From Prasinococcaceae sp. CCMP 1430 (Eukaryota > Plantae > Prasinodermophyta), in assembly GCA_013416795.1 (NCBI GenBank), contig RQSC01000011.1, positions 1 through 49,697 on the forward strand: DNA of 49,697 nucleotides. Direction: 5' to 3'. Positions 18,797-30,077 of this stretch are shown one piece after another. Positions within the stretch are counted from its first letter, which is position 1. Every line of letters starts with the position of its first letter. The position numbers and the translations under genes were made by a program. A model generated the notes under the pieces. It saw only the letters and a list, made by a program, of their open reading frames with translations, was not told where the DNA came from and made no database searches.

Positions 18797-20752
18797 ATGG
18801 CCGCCCCCGCTGGCGGTTTGGCGACCGCGGGCGTGGACGCAGCTACGTTGCGCGTGGTGGGGGAGGTCGTGCGCCTCGTGCGAGAGCGAGGCGACGATGT
18901 CCCCGTCGCGCTCGCTGCGTTTGCCGTGCGAACAGTTGCGCTTGGCGAGGGCGAAGGGCCTCCCGCGTACGCGCTGGACAGCGACTTAGCACCCGACGCG
19001 GCCGAGGAGCTCGCCGCCAAGGCGGCAGAGCGCGCGCTACGCGCCAACGATCCCGCGCTCGAGATGATCAAGATGCAGATCGCGCTCGACGCCGAGTTTG
19101 CGCTGCGCTCGCAGGAGGTCGACAATGGCCAGAAAGCGCACGTTGCCGAGTACCAAGATCTGACTGAGGCCATTCTATCGGCAACCGTGCTCGCGGAAAG
19201 CGACGCCGCCTCGCTGGCGTCTCTCCAGCGACACGTGTTCGCCTACGTGTGTGCACGCACTAACATGCACGAGGCTCTGCGCGAGCCCCAGTACGAGGCT
19301 GAGGTTACTGCCGCGCTGGAGAGCGTCTTCCCCCCGCACGGACTGGCTCGCTTTGCGACCCTGGAGGGCGACAGCAAGCGCGCGCAGCTGGGTGAACTCG
19401 CGCTGATTGTTCTGGGCATCCGATTGTTCAACCGTAGCGTTGGCAAGGGCGGCGACGACCTGGGCGACGTGCGCGCGCAGTACCGGGCGGCCGCGACTGG
19501 CGCGCGCGCGCGCGCGAGTGAGCTGGCGTCGGACGCACGCGGTGAGGCTGCGCGCTATCGCTCCGTACTGGAGCACGCGTCCACGCGTGCGCCGCCCGGG
19601 GCGCCGCCTATGTGCCGCCTTCGAGACGAGTACCACAATCGCGCGCAGTTTGCGGCCTTTGCCAAGGCGCTCGCCACAGACATTGCCGACGGCGTGCGCA
19701 CCTTCGGCAAGCTCGAAGCCGAGGCGGACGCTGAGCTTGCCAGCCTGCGCGAGCTCATCGATGGGCGCGCGAGCGTTCCCAAGAGCAGCGTTTACCCGCA
19801 CTTTGAGACGCTAGGTGCGCTCCACCTCGCCATGGCGGACGAGGCGGCCAGCCTGGGTGTGCATGGGGCGGTACTGGAAACGTTGGCGCCGTTTGCGGCC
19901 GACCGCGGCTTTGACACCGTCGTCAGCTTCAAGGACTTCAGGGAGGCGCGTGATGCGCATCCGGGCGCGCCAATCGAGGACAAGGGGGTCAGCGCTGTGT
20001 GGGGTGTTCCGCCGGCCCCCGGCCCAGGCGTGGACGCGCTCGCGCTGGCCGAGGCTTCGGGTGCGAAGCGCGCGACCCCCGAGGATACGCCCGTGGAGGC
20101 CTACGCAGCGATCGAGCCTGAGTTTGCGGGCCATTGCCCCGTCAGCGTGGTTGCGCGTGCTGGCCTGGCGATACCGGGTGACGCGCGGCTGGGCTACGTT
20201 GAGTTCGATGGCAAGTATTACGCGTGCGCGAGCGAGGCCGCTGCGGTGACCTTCTCGTGCGACCCGAAGGCGTATGTGACGGCAGTGCACCGGGTGGCGC
20301 GCACAATGCCGGAGCTCATCCGTCTGCTGCAGCTGCAGGCGGAGCCCCCAGCCGAGCTGCTCGGCTCGACCGCGAGTAGTAGTATGGGCACTCTCGGCGG
20401 CGGTGAATTGCTCACCTGCGACTTCGGCACACAGACTCCCACGCATATCGTGGAGAAGAACATCGACGCCAACTACGAGTGGAATGAGTGGGCATTGCGC
20501 CGCCGCGTGCTGCGCCTCGCCAACCTGCGGCAGAAGAGGACGCACTCGACGCAGAGCAATCTGTCGCACTTCCGCCGGGAGACCGACACGCAAGTGTGGC
20601 TGCCCAAGACCAGCGTCACGCAGACCGGCATCGCCAAGGGCACTACTATGCCGCGCAAGGGGCGCTACTTGGCGGGACTCAGGGGCGCGCCGGATACCAT
20701 CATGAAGGTTGTCAATGTGGGCTTCGACATCGGCCAGCCGCACCAGTACTAG
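18797..20752 (+). CDS. CFAP206: Cilia/flagella-associated protein 206 (651 aa)
   Basis: PALEMIKMQI, AALESVFP, ELALIVLGIRLFN, EFAGHCPV, TQTPTHIVEKNIDANYEWNEWALRR and SHFRRETDTQV. Confidence 0.92.
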   Translation: MAAPAGGLATAGVDAATLRVVGEVVRLVRERGDDVPVALAAFAVRTVALGEGEGPPAYALDSDLAPDAAEELAAKAAERALRANDPALEMIKMQIALDAEFALRSQEVDNGQKAHVAEYQDLTEAILSATVLAESDAASLASLQRHVFAYVCARTNMHEALREPQYEAEVTAALESVFPPHGLARFATLEGDSKRAQLGELALIVLGIRLFNRSVGKGGDDLGDVRAQYRAAATGARARASELASDARGEAARYRSVLEHASTRAPPGAPPMCRLRDEYHNRAQFAAFAKALATDIADGVRTFGKLEAEADAELASLRELIDGRASVPKSSVYPHFETLGALHLAMADEAASLGVHGAVLETLAPFAADRGFDTVVSFKDFREARDAHPGAPIEDKGVSAVWGVPPAPGPGVDALALAEASGAKRATPEDTPVEAYAAIEPEFAGHCPVSVVARAGLAIPGDARLGYVEFDGKYYACASEAAAVTFSCDPKAYVTAVHRVARTMPELIRLLQLQAEPPAELLGSTASSSMGTLGGGELLTCDFGTQTPTHIVEKNIDANYEWNEWALRRRVLRLANLRQKRTHSTQSNLSHFRRETDTQVWLPKTSVTQTGIAKGTTMPRKGRYLAGLRGAPDTIMKVVNVGFDIGQPHQY

Positions 20753-20941
20753 CCGGGCATCCATGTAATCCAAATTGCGCACGCCGCCCCGCGGATTACG
20801 CGGCGTATAGATAGATGCGATCGGGCCTTGTCGAGGGACTGCGAAGACGCGCTGATGGCAAATTGGCGCGCGGCCAAGCAGCGCGCCGTGGGTAGGTCGA
20901 CTCCGTGCGCAATCGGGCAGTTTTAGTGCGGTTGAGCAAGA

Positions 20942-21877
20942 CTAGCTCGTTTGCACGTACGCGCCCGTACCGTCCGCAGGCGCGCCCGTGTCATAGAGCG
21001 GCTCGAATGGCGCCGCCTCTGGCCGTTGAAGCCAGTTGCTCTTCAACCACGGGTGCTTGCTGTCTCCCTCGACCACATGCACGCTGTACGCATGCCTGCT
21101 TCGCCCGCTACGGTTTGGGTAGCTCATGTGCACCAGCGCGCCGTGGAGCAGAACAAGTGCGCCTGCCTTGCAGGGCAGCGGCTCAAACTTCGACACTTCG
21201 TACTCCGGCAGCTCTCCATCCATCTCCATGAGCGGCGAGTCGGGGTCGGCGCCAGGCTCGCCCCGCGCGCGCGCGCCACGCACGAACTTTCTGTGGACGC
21301 CGCTGCCGTCGGCGTGGCTCCCTTTAATTGCCCACAGGCACCCATTGCCCTCGTCCGCGTCCTCTACCGCCCACCACAGGCCACAGCATGATGGCGGGTC
21401 AGTGGCGAGGAAGGTCGAGTCCTGGTGACAATTCACCTCACCGCCCACGCGAGGATGCTTGAAAATGTACATTGACTGCACCGGCGTCGGGCGCACGAAG
21501 CCGAGCGAGCGGCAGACGCCTGCGACGCGCTCCGACCGCGAGAACGCGCGAAACGTGCTGTCGAGATCGTGCAGGGCATGGCCAACTTTGTTGAGGCGCA
21601 TGGTTTTGTCCACTGCTGCCTGCGCCTCCTCCCCTTCCTCGAGAAAGAACGACACGCGCGCAGCTGAGTCCAGGAAGTAGTCGTCGCTCTTGCGCGTCTG
21701 CTCGTCAGTCGAAAAGACGGAGCGCACGGCAGCTGGGTCGAAGTCGTCCTCGACAATCTGCAGCATGCGCGCCTTGAGCGCCTCGACCTCCTCCGCAGAG
21801 GAGAAGCCCTCGAGCACGAGCACGCCGTCGCGACGGAACGCCGCGACCTGTTCGTCGCTCAGCGCGCCCGCTGCCAT
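20942..21877 (-). CDS. Phytanoyl-CoA dioxygenase family (PHYHD1-like) Fe(II)/2OG dioxygenase
   Basis: FRRDGVLVLEGF, NKVGHALH, QSMYIFKHPRVGGEVNCHQDSTFL (HxD), LLHGALVHMS and NRSGRSRHAY. Start placed at ATG 21877. Confidence 0.92.
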   Translation of the reverse strand: MAAGALSDEQVAAFRRDGVLVLEGFSSAEEVEALKARMLQIVEDDFDPAAVRSVFSTDEQTRKSDDYFLDSAARVSFFLEEGEEAQAAVDKTMRLNKVGHALHDLDSTFRAFSRSERVAGVCRSLGFVRPTPVQSMYIFKHPRVGGEVNCHQDSTFLATDPPSCCGLWWAVEDADEGNGCLWAIKGSHADGSGVHRKFVRGARARGEPGADPDSPLMEMDGELPEYEVSKFEPLPCKAGALVLLHGALVHMSYPNRSGRSRHAYSVHVVEGDSKHPWLKSNWLQRPEAAPFEPLYDTGAPADGTGAYVQTS

Positions 21878-22071
21878 GGCTGCGCTCCGTGCGTGGCGGC
21901 CTCGCCCCAACGCCGCCCGTGGCGCGCTGACTGGCGACCCCGGAAGCGAAATCCCACGCCCTCCTGCGCACCCCGATCCAGGCTCGCATGGCACAGCGCG
22001 CGCGCCGCACAGCGTGCGCGAGGCGCGACGCGGTGCGTGACGATTGACAGGCGTCGGGAGAGGCGACGGAG

Positions 22072-23462
22072 ATGGCGACGTCGGGAGTCCTCGCCGCGCC
22101 ACGCGGCGGGGTGCGCCGCCCGGTGGGCGTAATGGGCGCAGCCGCGCGGCCTGCGCAGCGGCAGCGCACTCGCGCCAGCGGCCGCGCCGCTGAGGGCGAG
22201 CGGCTCACTGCGGAATGGCGCGGCCCAGAGCTCATGGCACAGCCCGAGCGGTGGATGCTCACGCTCAGCGAAGAGCATATACGTGAGCTCGACGGCGTCG
22301 TGGAGCGCTCACGAGACCTGCGCCTCACCGAGACGACCGCTTCCGACTTCGAAATGCCTACTTTCGCACGTGAACTGCGGCGCGTCAAGGTATGGGCAGA
22401 GCCGCAGCGGCGCCACGGTGCAAAGGGCGCGTGCACCGCGCTGCTAACCTGCGCGAGCGCTGCGGCTCTTTGTGCGCAGTCTGAGCTGCTAATGGGTGGG
22501 CCGGGCATCGCGCTGTTGCGTGGCGTCCCCGTGGATCGTTACACCGTCGAGGAGACCGTGCGCGCATATTGGGCGATGATGGTTTCACTGGGTGACGTTG
22601 ATCCCGTCCCGCAGAACGCTAAGGGCCACATGCTCGGCCACGTGTACGACCTGGGCGGCGACGCGAGCGACCCCAACACACGCATATTTACGACCTCGGC
22701 CGCGCAGCCCATGCACACCGACAGTGCCGACATCGTGGGGCTCCTGTGCCTGGCCGAGGCAGTGAGCGGCGGCGAATCACAAGTTGTGAGCTCCACGGCG
22801 GTGTACCGTGAGGTGCAGCGCCGTGCACCCGAGCTGGCGCGGGAGCTTACGCGGCCCTTCGTCTGGAGCAGGAAAGGAGAGGTGCGAGAGAGCGCGTCAG
22901 CTCCTCGTCCGCCCGCCTTCATTCGTCTCTTTCCGAGCACTCGCTGCGCGCGTACTCCATTGCAGTAGCAGCTGACGCACGCGCCCTCTCCCGCGCTCAG
23001 GTGCCGGCAGGGTGTGAGCCTTGGTTTGCGGTGCCAGTCTTCTCCGAGATGGGTGGCAATGTGTGCTCCATTCACGACAGATCGTTCATAGACGCGGCGC
23101 AGGCGAGCTTCGCGCGCGAGGGCGGACCCGTTGAGCCGCTCACTGAGTCGCAGGAGGCCGCTCTGCGGCTTGCTGACGAACTCGCGTGGAGCGATGAGCT
23201 CAGGCTGGACATGAAGTTGCAGCCCGGCGACGTACAGCTCCTACACAACCACCAGATATGGCATGCGCGCTCCGCGTACGAGGACGATGCAGAAGACGGC
23301 AGGCGGCGGCACTTGATGCGCATGTGGCTGTCCGTGCGCGACGGCTGGGAGCTACCTCCTGCTTATGCCGCGCGCTACGGCACCATCGAGGTCGGCAGCG
23401 TGCGCGGCGGCATACGCACGCCAGGGGACGTGAAGGACAGCGTGCCGCTGCATCCGTGCTAA
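22072..23462 (+). CDS. TauD/TfdA-family Fe(II)/2OG dioxygenase; join(22072..22389,22480..22881,23001..23462), ~393 aa
   Basis: PQNAKGHMLGHV, MHTDSADIVGLLCL (HxD), LQPGDVQLLHNHQIWHARSAYED and RHLMRMWL. Two GT-AG introns with CTAAC/CTGAC branch-like motifs join the frames correctly. Confidence 0.9.
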
Positions 23463-23752
23463 CGAGGACCGACATTAATACAGTGAGTATGCGATGAGAA
23501 AAGAGTCATTCCTCGTTACAAAACATCGCGCGGGCGTTGGAATGGTGCGAGAGGGCTCTTGCTTGCTTGGCTCAGGGGATGGGTACGGTAGAGAGGCCTG
23601 CACGCTGTCGGGCATCGCGAGCTGCGCCGTGCCCGTGTAGTGGAGCAATCGATGGGGATCGGGAATGATGCGCGAATGGGTACAGTACATGCAATTGTGT
23701 TTCGCCTGAGTGTGAACTCTTGGTGGTGGTAGGAGGGGGAGGGAAGCATCGG

Positions 23753-24127
23753 CTACTCGTCACCGACACAGCCCTCTGCGGGTCCAGCGGCCTCGGCATC
23801 GTCGGACAGCGCGTTGACCCACTCCTCGAGCACTGCCACGCGCTTCTCGTTGTCCGGAGACCCGTTCTTGCCCAGCCACGCGCAACGCAACAAAGCGAGG
23901 CGCTTGGAAAGCTGTTTCTTGGTGCGCGTCTTCGTCTTGACACAGCCCTTGAGCACGGCGAGATTCTGCTCATCGGTGGCCTGCAGCGAGATGCTAGCGG
24001 CGTGATGGGGGGCGCCGGCCAGCGAGTCAGCTCGCATGCGTGTGACAAATCGCGCCGGAACACACACGCGCAAAAGAAAGCACCTGGGGCCGGCGGAGGC
24101 CTTGGTCCTGGGACCCGACTTGGACAT
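23753..24127 (-). CDS. Small orphan protein; join(complement 24127..24084,23993..23753), ~94 aa
   Basis: ATG start and a phase-2 intron 24083..23994 (AG|GTGC...GCTGAC...TAG). Exon 2 looks coding (basic, helical). No family recognised. Confidence 0.55.
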   Translation of the reverse strand: MSKSGPRTKASAGPRCFLLRVCVPARFVTRMRADSLAGAPHHAASISLQATDEQNLAVLKGCVKTKTRTKKQLSKRLALLRCAWLGKNGSPDNEKRVAVLEEWVNALSDDAEAAGPAEGCVGDE

Positions 24128-24699
24128 GGCGAGATGAGGGGATGGGAGTGGGGAGAGGGTGGGAACAGGGGAGAGTGGCTACGGACTGCGTTGGGTGTGA
24201 GGGCTGTGAACGGGGACGTGGCCGAGGCGTCGTGCGTGCGTGCAGTGGCGCGCGCGCGCGCGCGCTCGAACTCTTCCGGTGCTTTCTCGTTCGCGCGCGG
24301 CGCGCATGCGCTTTGATGGCGCGCGCGCGCGGGCGCTCTCTCGCGCCGCGCGTCGCGTTTGCTCTCTCGCGGCGCTCGCGTCTCTTCTCGCGGCCCCCAT
24401 CAGACCGCATGCGCGCCGCGCGGCGCGTTTTCCAATTTCGAAAATCGATCGTCGGACCGACCGATTCGGTCCGATTTCGAGCGCGGCTGCGGCGAGGACC
24501 GAGGCGCGCCGCAGTCCCCCCCAGTCGCCGCAGCGGGGCGCGCGTGCTCGCCCGCGGTGGCGCTCTGGGGCGCGAACAGGATGTTGCCCGGACCAGAGCA
24601 GCGCGCACGCGCCGCACGCGCCGCGCAGGCGGGCGCCGTGGACGTAGGCGGATGGCACAACGAACCTGCACACTTACGACTCAAAATCTTGCAGGAGCC

Positions 24700-27600
24700 T
24701 CAGGCGACGTCGGCGGGCATACCCTTCTTGGCCTTGCTCTCGGCGTCCTCATCGTCCTCCTCGCCCTCGTACGCGGGGGGGCCGATCCAAGTGAGGAGGA
24801 TCGGCAGGAGCACGAGGGCGTTGACCATGCAGACCACGATTATCATGGTGAACTGAATGAAGAAGTACAGCACGAAGTAGTCAAAGTACGAGAAGGCGAT
24901 CGCCACGATCGCCAGGAAGTCGGTCACCGCGCCGCACAGGACGGGATTGCCCACCTCCCCGAGCGCCGCCACCACGCGCGTCACGCGGTCGCCCTTGGCG
25001 AGCATGAACGCGCGCGCGATGTGCGCGTGGAACTCGACAGCGATGCCGATGGCCGAAATGAGGTTGACGAGCACCACCGAGTTGAGCTTCATGCCGAAGT
25101 AGGGCAGCAGACCGTACAGCTCAATCTCGACGAGCACCAGGAGGGACACCACGATCAGCGCCGCACCCGGATGCACAATGAGCGGAAGCATCACCACGAA
25201 GCCCGCCAGCACGCTCATGGCGATGCCGAAGATCGCGTTGTCGTCAATGTGCAGGTACTGCTCATTGAGCGCATACAGCGTCCAGTCGAAGGGGTAGGCG
25301 TTGGCCGTGTCCCTCATCTGTTGGGCGTTGAAGTCTTGCTCCTCCATCACCCCACGCGCGCTGTTGATGTGGTCCACGCGCTTGGCCACCGTGTTCACGT
25401 CATTCGCGAACGTCAGGATGCGTGCGTTCGTCACCTTGCCAAAGGTGGTGCGGTTGGTTCCCTCGAACTCGGTGTGGGTGATCGCGCGCGAGATACGCCC
25501 CTTGATGTCGGTGTGCAGGAAGTGATCGAACAGCGACTCGGACGCACCGCCGACGGGCTCGTGCCACTGGAGCGGCAGAGGCCTCCACGGGCAATGGCAG
25601 GTGGGGACCATGTTGCCCGAGGGGTTGATCGGTTCCGAGTACTCGCACTGCTCGTCGGGATTCGGGCTCAGGCTCTTGCGCGCAAAGTTGCCCTCGCAGA
25701 ATTCCTGGCATGACTCCACCCGGCCGAGCTCCTCGCTGCCGTCCGCGCCGCGCCGCGCGGCCGTCATGGGGAACTCCTTGCCCGCGCACTCGTTGCGGTG
25801 CTCGAGCCACCGGTCCTTGTAGTAATACACCTCGTCAAAGCAGATCTCATCATTCTCGATCTTGCCTTCGACGTAGTCGGTGAAGTAGCGCAGGAAGTTG
25901 GTACACTCGTAGTCTGTGTCCATGTAGAGCGTGTCCTGGACGAAGTTGTAGTCCATGTCGCGCAAGGCGACCGAGGTGGCCCTCTCGTCCAAAGTGCCCA
26001 CGTCGCGCACCACCAACCACACGGTGCTGCTGGTGAAGTACTCCTCCGCGTTCACAGCGTAGTCGTGCAGCTTCTTGTCCTTGGGTACTGCGTCCGACAG
26101 GCTCAGACCCTTCTCGACGTCGAAGAGGCCGGCGATGCACACCGCCATCAGAGCCAGGTACACGAGCAGCACGCCAACCTTGACGAGCTCGTTGCGCAGC
26201 ATGGATTCGAGCAACGACAGGCGGGTGGCGCCCGCCGTGTCTTTGGCGGCGGCCGCCGCCTCCTCTGCCTCCTTGTGCTTGCGCGCCTGCTCCTCGTCAG
26301 CAACCTGCTGGATGGCCTCCTGCTTGTTCTTGAGGCCCGCGTAGAGCAGAAATGGGAAGAGCGTAATCGCCACCACCCAGTTCGTCAAGATGACGAAGGC
26401 CACCTGCACGGCATAGTCCGACACGGCGGGCACGGGGATGAGCGCGCCCAGGAAGAACGCAAACATGTTCGTGAGCGAGCTCAGCGTGATTGACGTGCCA
26501 CCGATGCGCATGGCTTCGGCGGTCACCTCGACAGGTGTGCGCGCGGGACTCGCGCGCGCGGCGGCCGCGGTCTGAAAGCTCGCCGCGGCGATGTAAAAGT
26601 CATTGATGCCCAGACCCACGCCAAGGAACGGCACAACCTGCAGCGTGAGTGCGTTGTACTTGACGGGCGTGCCCTGCGAGAGCAGCGCCGAGATGCCCAG
26701 CGAAGCGAAGACAAACACGATAATGGACAGGATCGCCCCTAGCACCACCCACCACGACGGACCGAGCTTGCTCGCGCGGAAGCTGCCGTCGGGCCCGCGC
26801 TCCACTGCGTAATAGCCGATCGAAAAGAGCGTCACAAGGACGTAGCCCACAATGAGCAGGGGAATCTGCGCCACAGTCGCGTCCGCGATGGTGTCCTCCA
26901 CCGAGGAGCCTGCCAAGTAGGTGGGCTTGATGACCTTGAAGCGGCGCTCCTGCTCATCAAGCTCCGCGTCCTCATCAAACAAGTTCTCAATTTCCTTGAG
27001 CCAGTTGCGCTCCCAGCCCTTGATTAGCTCGAGTGCGTCTTCCTCGGTGGCAATGTCAACCACGCGCAGGTTGGGCCGCGTGTAGGTCTTGTCTGCAAAG
27101 CACTTGCCGTTGTAGTTGAGGTGGCACACCGCGCCGCAGCCGCACTTGCCTTCAGGGGCCCAGGGCGCGTCAGGCTGGGAATCATATCCGCATGCCTCGG
27201 GTTCGATGTTCGCAACCACGCCGTCGGGCAAGTCGTACGCGTACTCGACCGCAGGCTTGTCGAAGCCCTGCGCCTCCGCGGCAGCCTCGGCAGCCTCGGC
27301 GATCTTCGTCGGCTGCACGTTCTGGACGCTTGCGACGCCGTCTTCGTCGAAGGTGGCGATCACCACGTCCATGCCTAGCTGAATGGAGCTTTCGCCCACC
27401 GCGGAGGCGGTCACACCTTCGCCTAAGCTTCTGGTGGCAGCGACGGTGGCCAGCGCCTCGACGTTGGCCGTGTCCGCGAGCGTCGGGACCGTGTCGGCGG
27501 ACTCCAGAGGCAGCGCCACAGCGATTTCCACGTTGATGCCGGCGTCGTCCTCTCGCAGGGAACGGCGGCTGCCCTCGCCGTCGTTGGCGAATTTGGCCTC

Positions 27601-30077
27601 CACTTCTGAAGGGCGCAGACCGGCCTCGCGGGCGTACGAGGCGGCGAGATCGGTCAGGTTTATTAGCTCCTGATCGATGTTGTGCAGAACGATCTCGGTC
27701 GTGGTGATGACGGTGGTGGTCACCGAGATATCCAGGTTGCCACCAGAGCCGCCGCCCTCTACTACCTCGAGCGTGATACGCTCCGCCATGTCCTCCGCTA
27801 GCTGAGCCAGCCGCGCCTCGTTGGCGAGCGCATCCAGGTCTAGCGGCACCAACACCGCCGCTGCCGCGTACGCCACCGGCGTGGCGGTTCCGTTGCCGTA
27901 CGCCGTACCGTTGGTAGCGTTGGACGCGTTGCCAAAGTTCATGGGGCCCTCAACCAGCTCGCGTCCGCGCGCGGCGCTGTTGAGGACGTTGCTGCGCACC
28001 TCCTCGTGGTAGAACGCCCAGAAGTCTTCGTCTGAGGCAGTGTCGGCGCCTGGCATGCGCGTGAGCCTCTGGTTGATCACCTCCTTACGCATCTCGCCCC
28101 AGAACGATTGTGCTTCTTCCTCTCCGAGCGCCACGCCCATGGCCTCGCGCAGGGTCATGCCAGCGTCTGCCATCGCCGCCATGACCGCCGCTGCCGACTG
28201 GGGTGTCCCCGTCTGCACCAAAGCGCGCAGCTCCTCGCGCGCGAGCGACGCGGCCTCGGGGTCGACGGAACCCATCTCCGTGTCGGAGCCCACGCCCATC
28301 GTGGCAAGGAGCGAGCGGTGGCGCTCCCCGCCGCCGTCTCCGCCGTTGCACCTGCCGCCGAGGTTAGGCACTGGCAGCCCGCACTGCCTGTTTACGAAGC
28401 TGCCGTACGTGAGCACGCTCGTCGAAAATTTGTACAGGTGCGGGGCGCACGGGTGCGCGCCCGTCTCTGCCATGTAGTCGCAGCAAGAGTCAAGCTGCGT
28501 CTCAACGCTGGCGTCGGGGATGCACTGCGAACCGAGCGCGCCGATCAGGACGGGGTGGAGTGCTTGGTCGCTCAGCACGCACTCAAAGCAATCGCACCCC
28601 TCAGAGAGGAAGGTCTCTTCAGGGGTGATGGGGCTGTCGCCCTCGGCGAAGTCCTCGATCCTCTTGAGCGCAGCACACTCGGGCGCGGGGCAGACCAGCA
28701 CGTCCAGCTCTACGCACGTCTCCGTCTCTTCCCATTCGGTGAAGCGCAGGCCCTTCTCGTGCAGCGCCATCTCGTCGTAGCTCGCCATCACGATGCGCAG
28801 TGCGTCGATGTCGTGAGCGGCGGGGTCGACGGCCTCGCTGGTGACCGGGTGCACCCTCGTGTCCTCCTTCTCCCAATCCCAGTCGATCACCTTGTCACCA
28901 ACGCTCGGATCGTACTTCTCGTCGCCAGGCAGGTACCAGTCCACCCCGCCCGCAAAACTGCGCCACGGGTAGCCCAGCTGGAACCAGTACATGCAGTACT
29001 GATCGTGGTACGAGGCGGTGAAGTCCGTGCTCATCGTGAAGTTCGGATCCGCGAAGGTGGGGCGCTCGTTGTAGATGCGCCACACGTCGGTGTTGTTGTC
29101 GCCGCCGAGGACCCCCACGTTGCCTTCCCTGAAGCAGTCGAGCATCGAGTTCACGAAGCACGGATGGGTGGGATCCGTGTCGACGATCTTGTAGCAAATG
29201 TTCTCCAGCGTGAATGTGGGGTACTGCTCTCCGGACGACGTCGGCTCCGGCGTGTACTCGAGACGCAGCAGCCAGTCGGTGAGGTCGCGCATCTCGACGA
29301 GAGCCTCCTTCGACAGCATCGTGCAGTCCTCCGCGTCGTCTGCGCGGGGGCAGCGCGCGCGCCGGGGACGATGCGAGCGCGCAGCGCGACGCCGGGCACC
29401 GCGAGAGTGCCGAGCGCACCAACGCAAGCGCGGGAGCCAAGAGGGCAGTGTGTCAGCGCGCGCGGAAGGGGGACGCCGGAGGCGGCGCATCGGCCGCGCG
29501 CGTGCGCTCGCGCGTGCGCAGACCCGAGCCTCGGCCCGCGGCACTCGCTCGCGGCGCGCGGGCGCATGCGCGCCGCGCACCGGCACACGTGGCGATGATC
29601 GACTGCGCGCGCAAGCCCGACCACTCGTCCTCGTAGAAGTCCATCTCAGCCTCCAGCCTCGTGCCCTGCTCGACCCACAGCTCGAAGACGTCGGTCTCGG
29701 TGATGAAGCCGATCCCAAAGCCGAGCGCGCCAATGGCGAGCAGCAGCGCGATCGTCGCTGACACGAGGAGCGCTCCATTGCGAGCGACGTACTTGCCCAG
29801 CGATCCGAAGTTGCGCTGAAGCGTGCGCTCGACCCCCCCTCCGAGCCCCATGGCGGCGGGCCGCGCGCGCGCGCGCAAGCGCGAGCGCGCGCGCTCGCGC
29901 TTGTCGGCCGGNCACCCACACGGCCGCGCCGCCGCCCGCGGCAAACCACGCCCACACGTAGCTCAGCTTGAGGTCACCCTTCTCGCGCGTCTCCTTTGTG
30001 GTCAGCTCCCGCGTCATTTTGCGACCGAGCTTGTCCACACCGCCGGCGGGGGCGGCAGACTTGCCCTTCTCCTCCAC
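24700..30077 (-). CDS. Patched-like RND/sterol-sensing-domain membrane protein, multi-exon (5' model approximate)
   Basis: ELWVEQGTRL, ENICYK, LDCFREG, IKGWERNW, QVVPFLGVGLGIND, GALIPVPAV, IGIAVEFHAHI and PVLCGAV..SYFDYFVLYFF all parallel animal PTCH. Probable exons are 30077..29958, ~29851..29587 and 29339..24700. The N at 29912 blurs the 5' end. Confidence 0.88.

Noticed and set aside
28108-29598. 496-aa plus-strand ORF
   Set aside because: Antisense shadow of the Patched-like gene.
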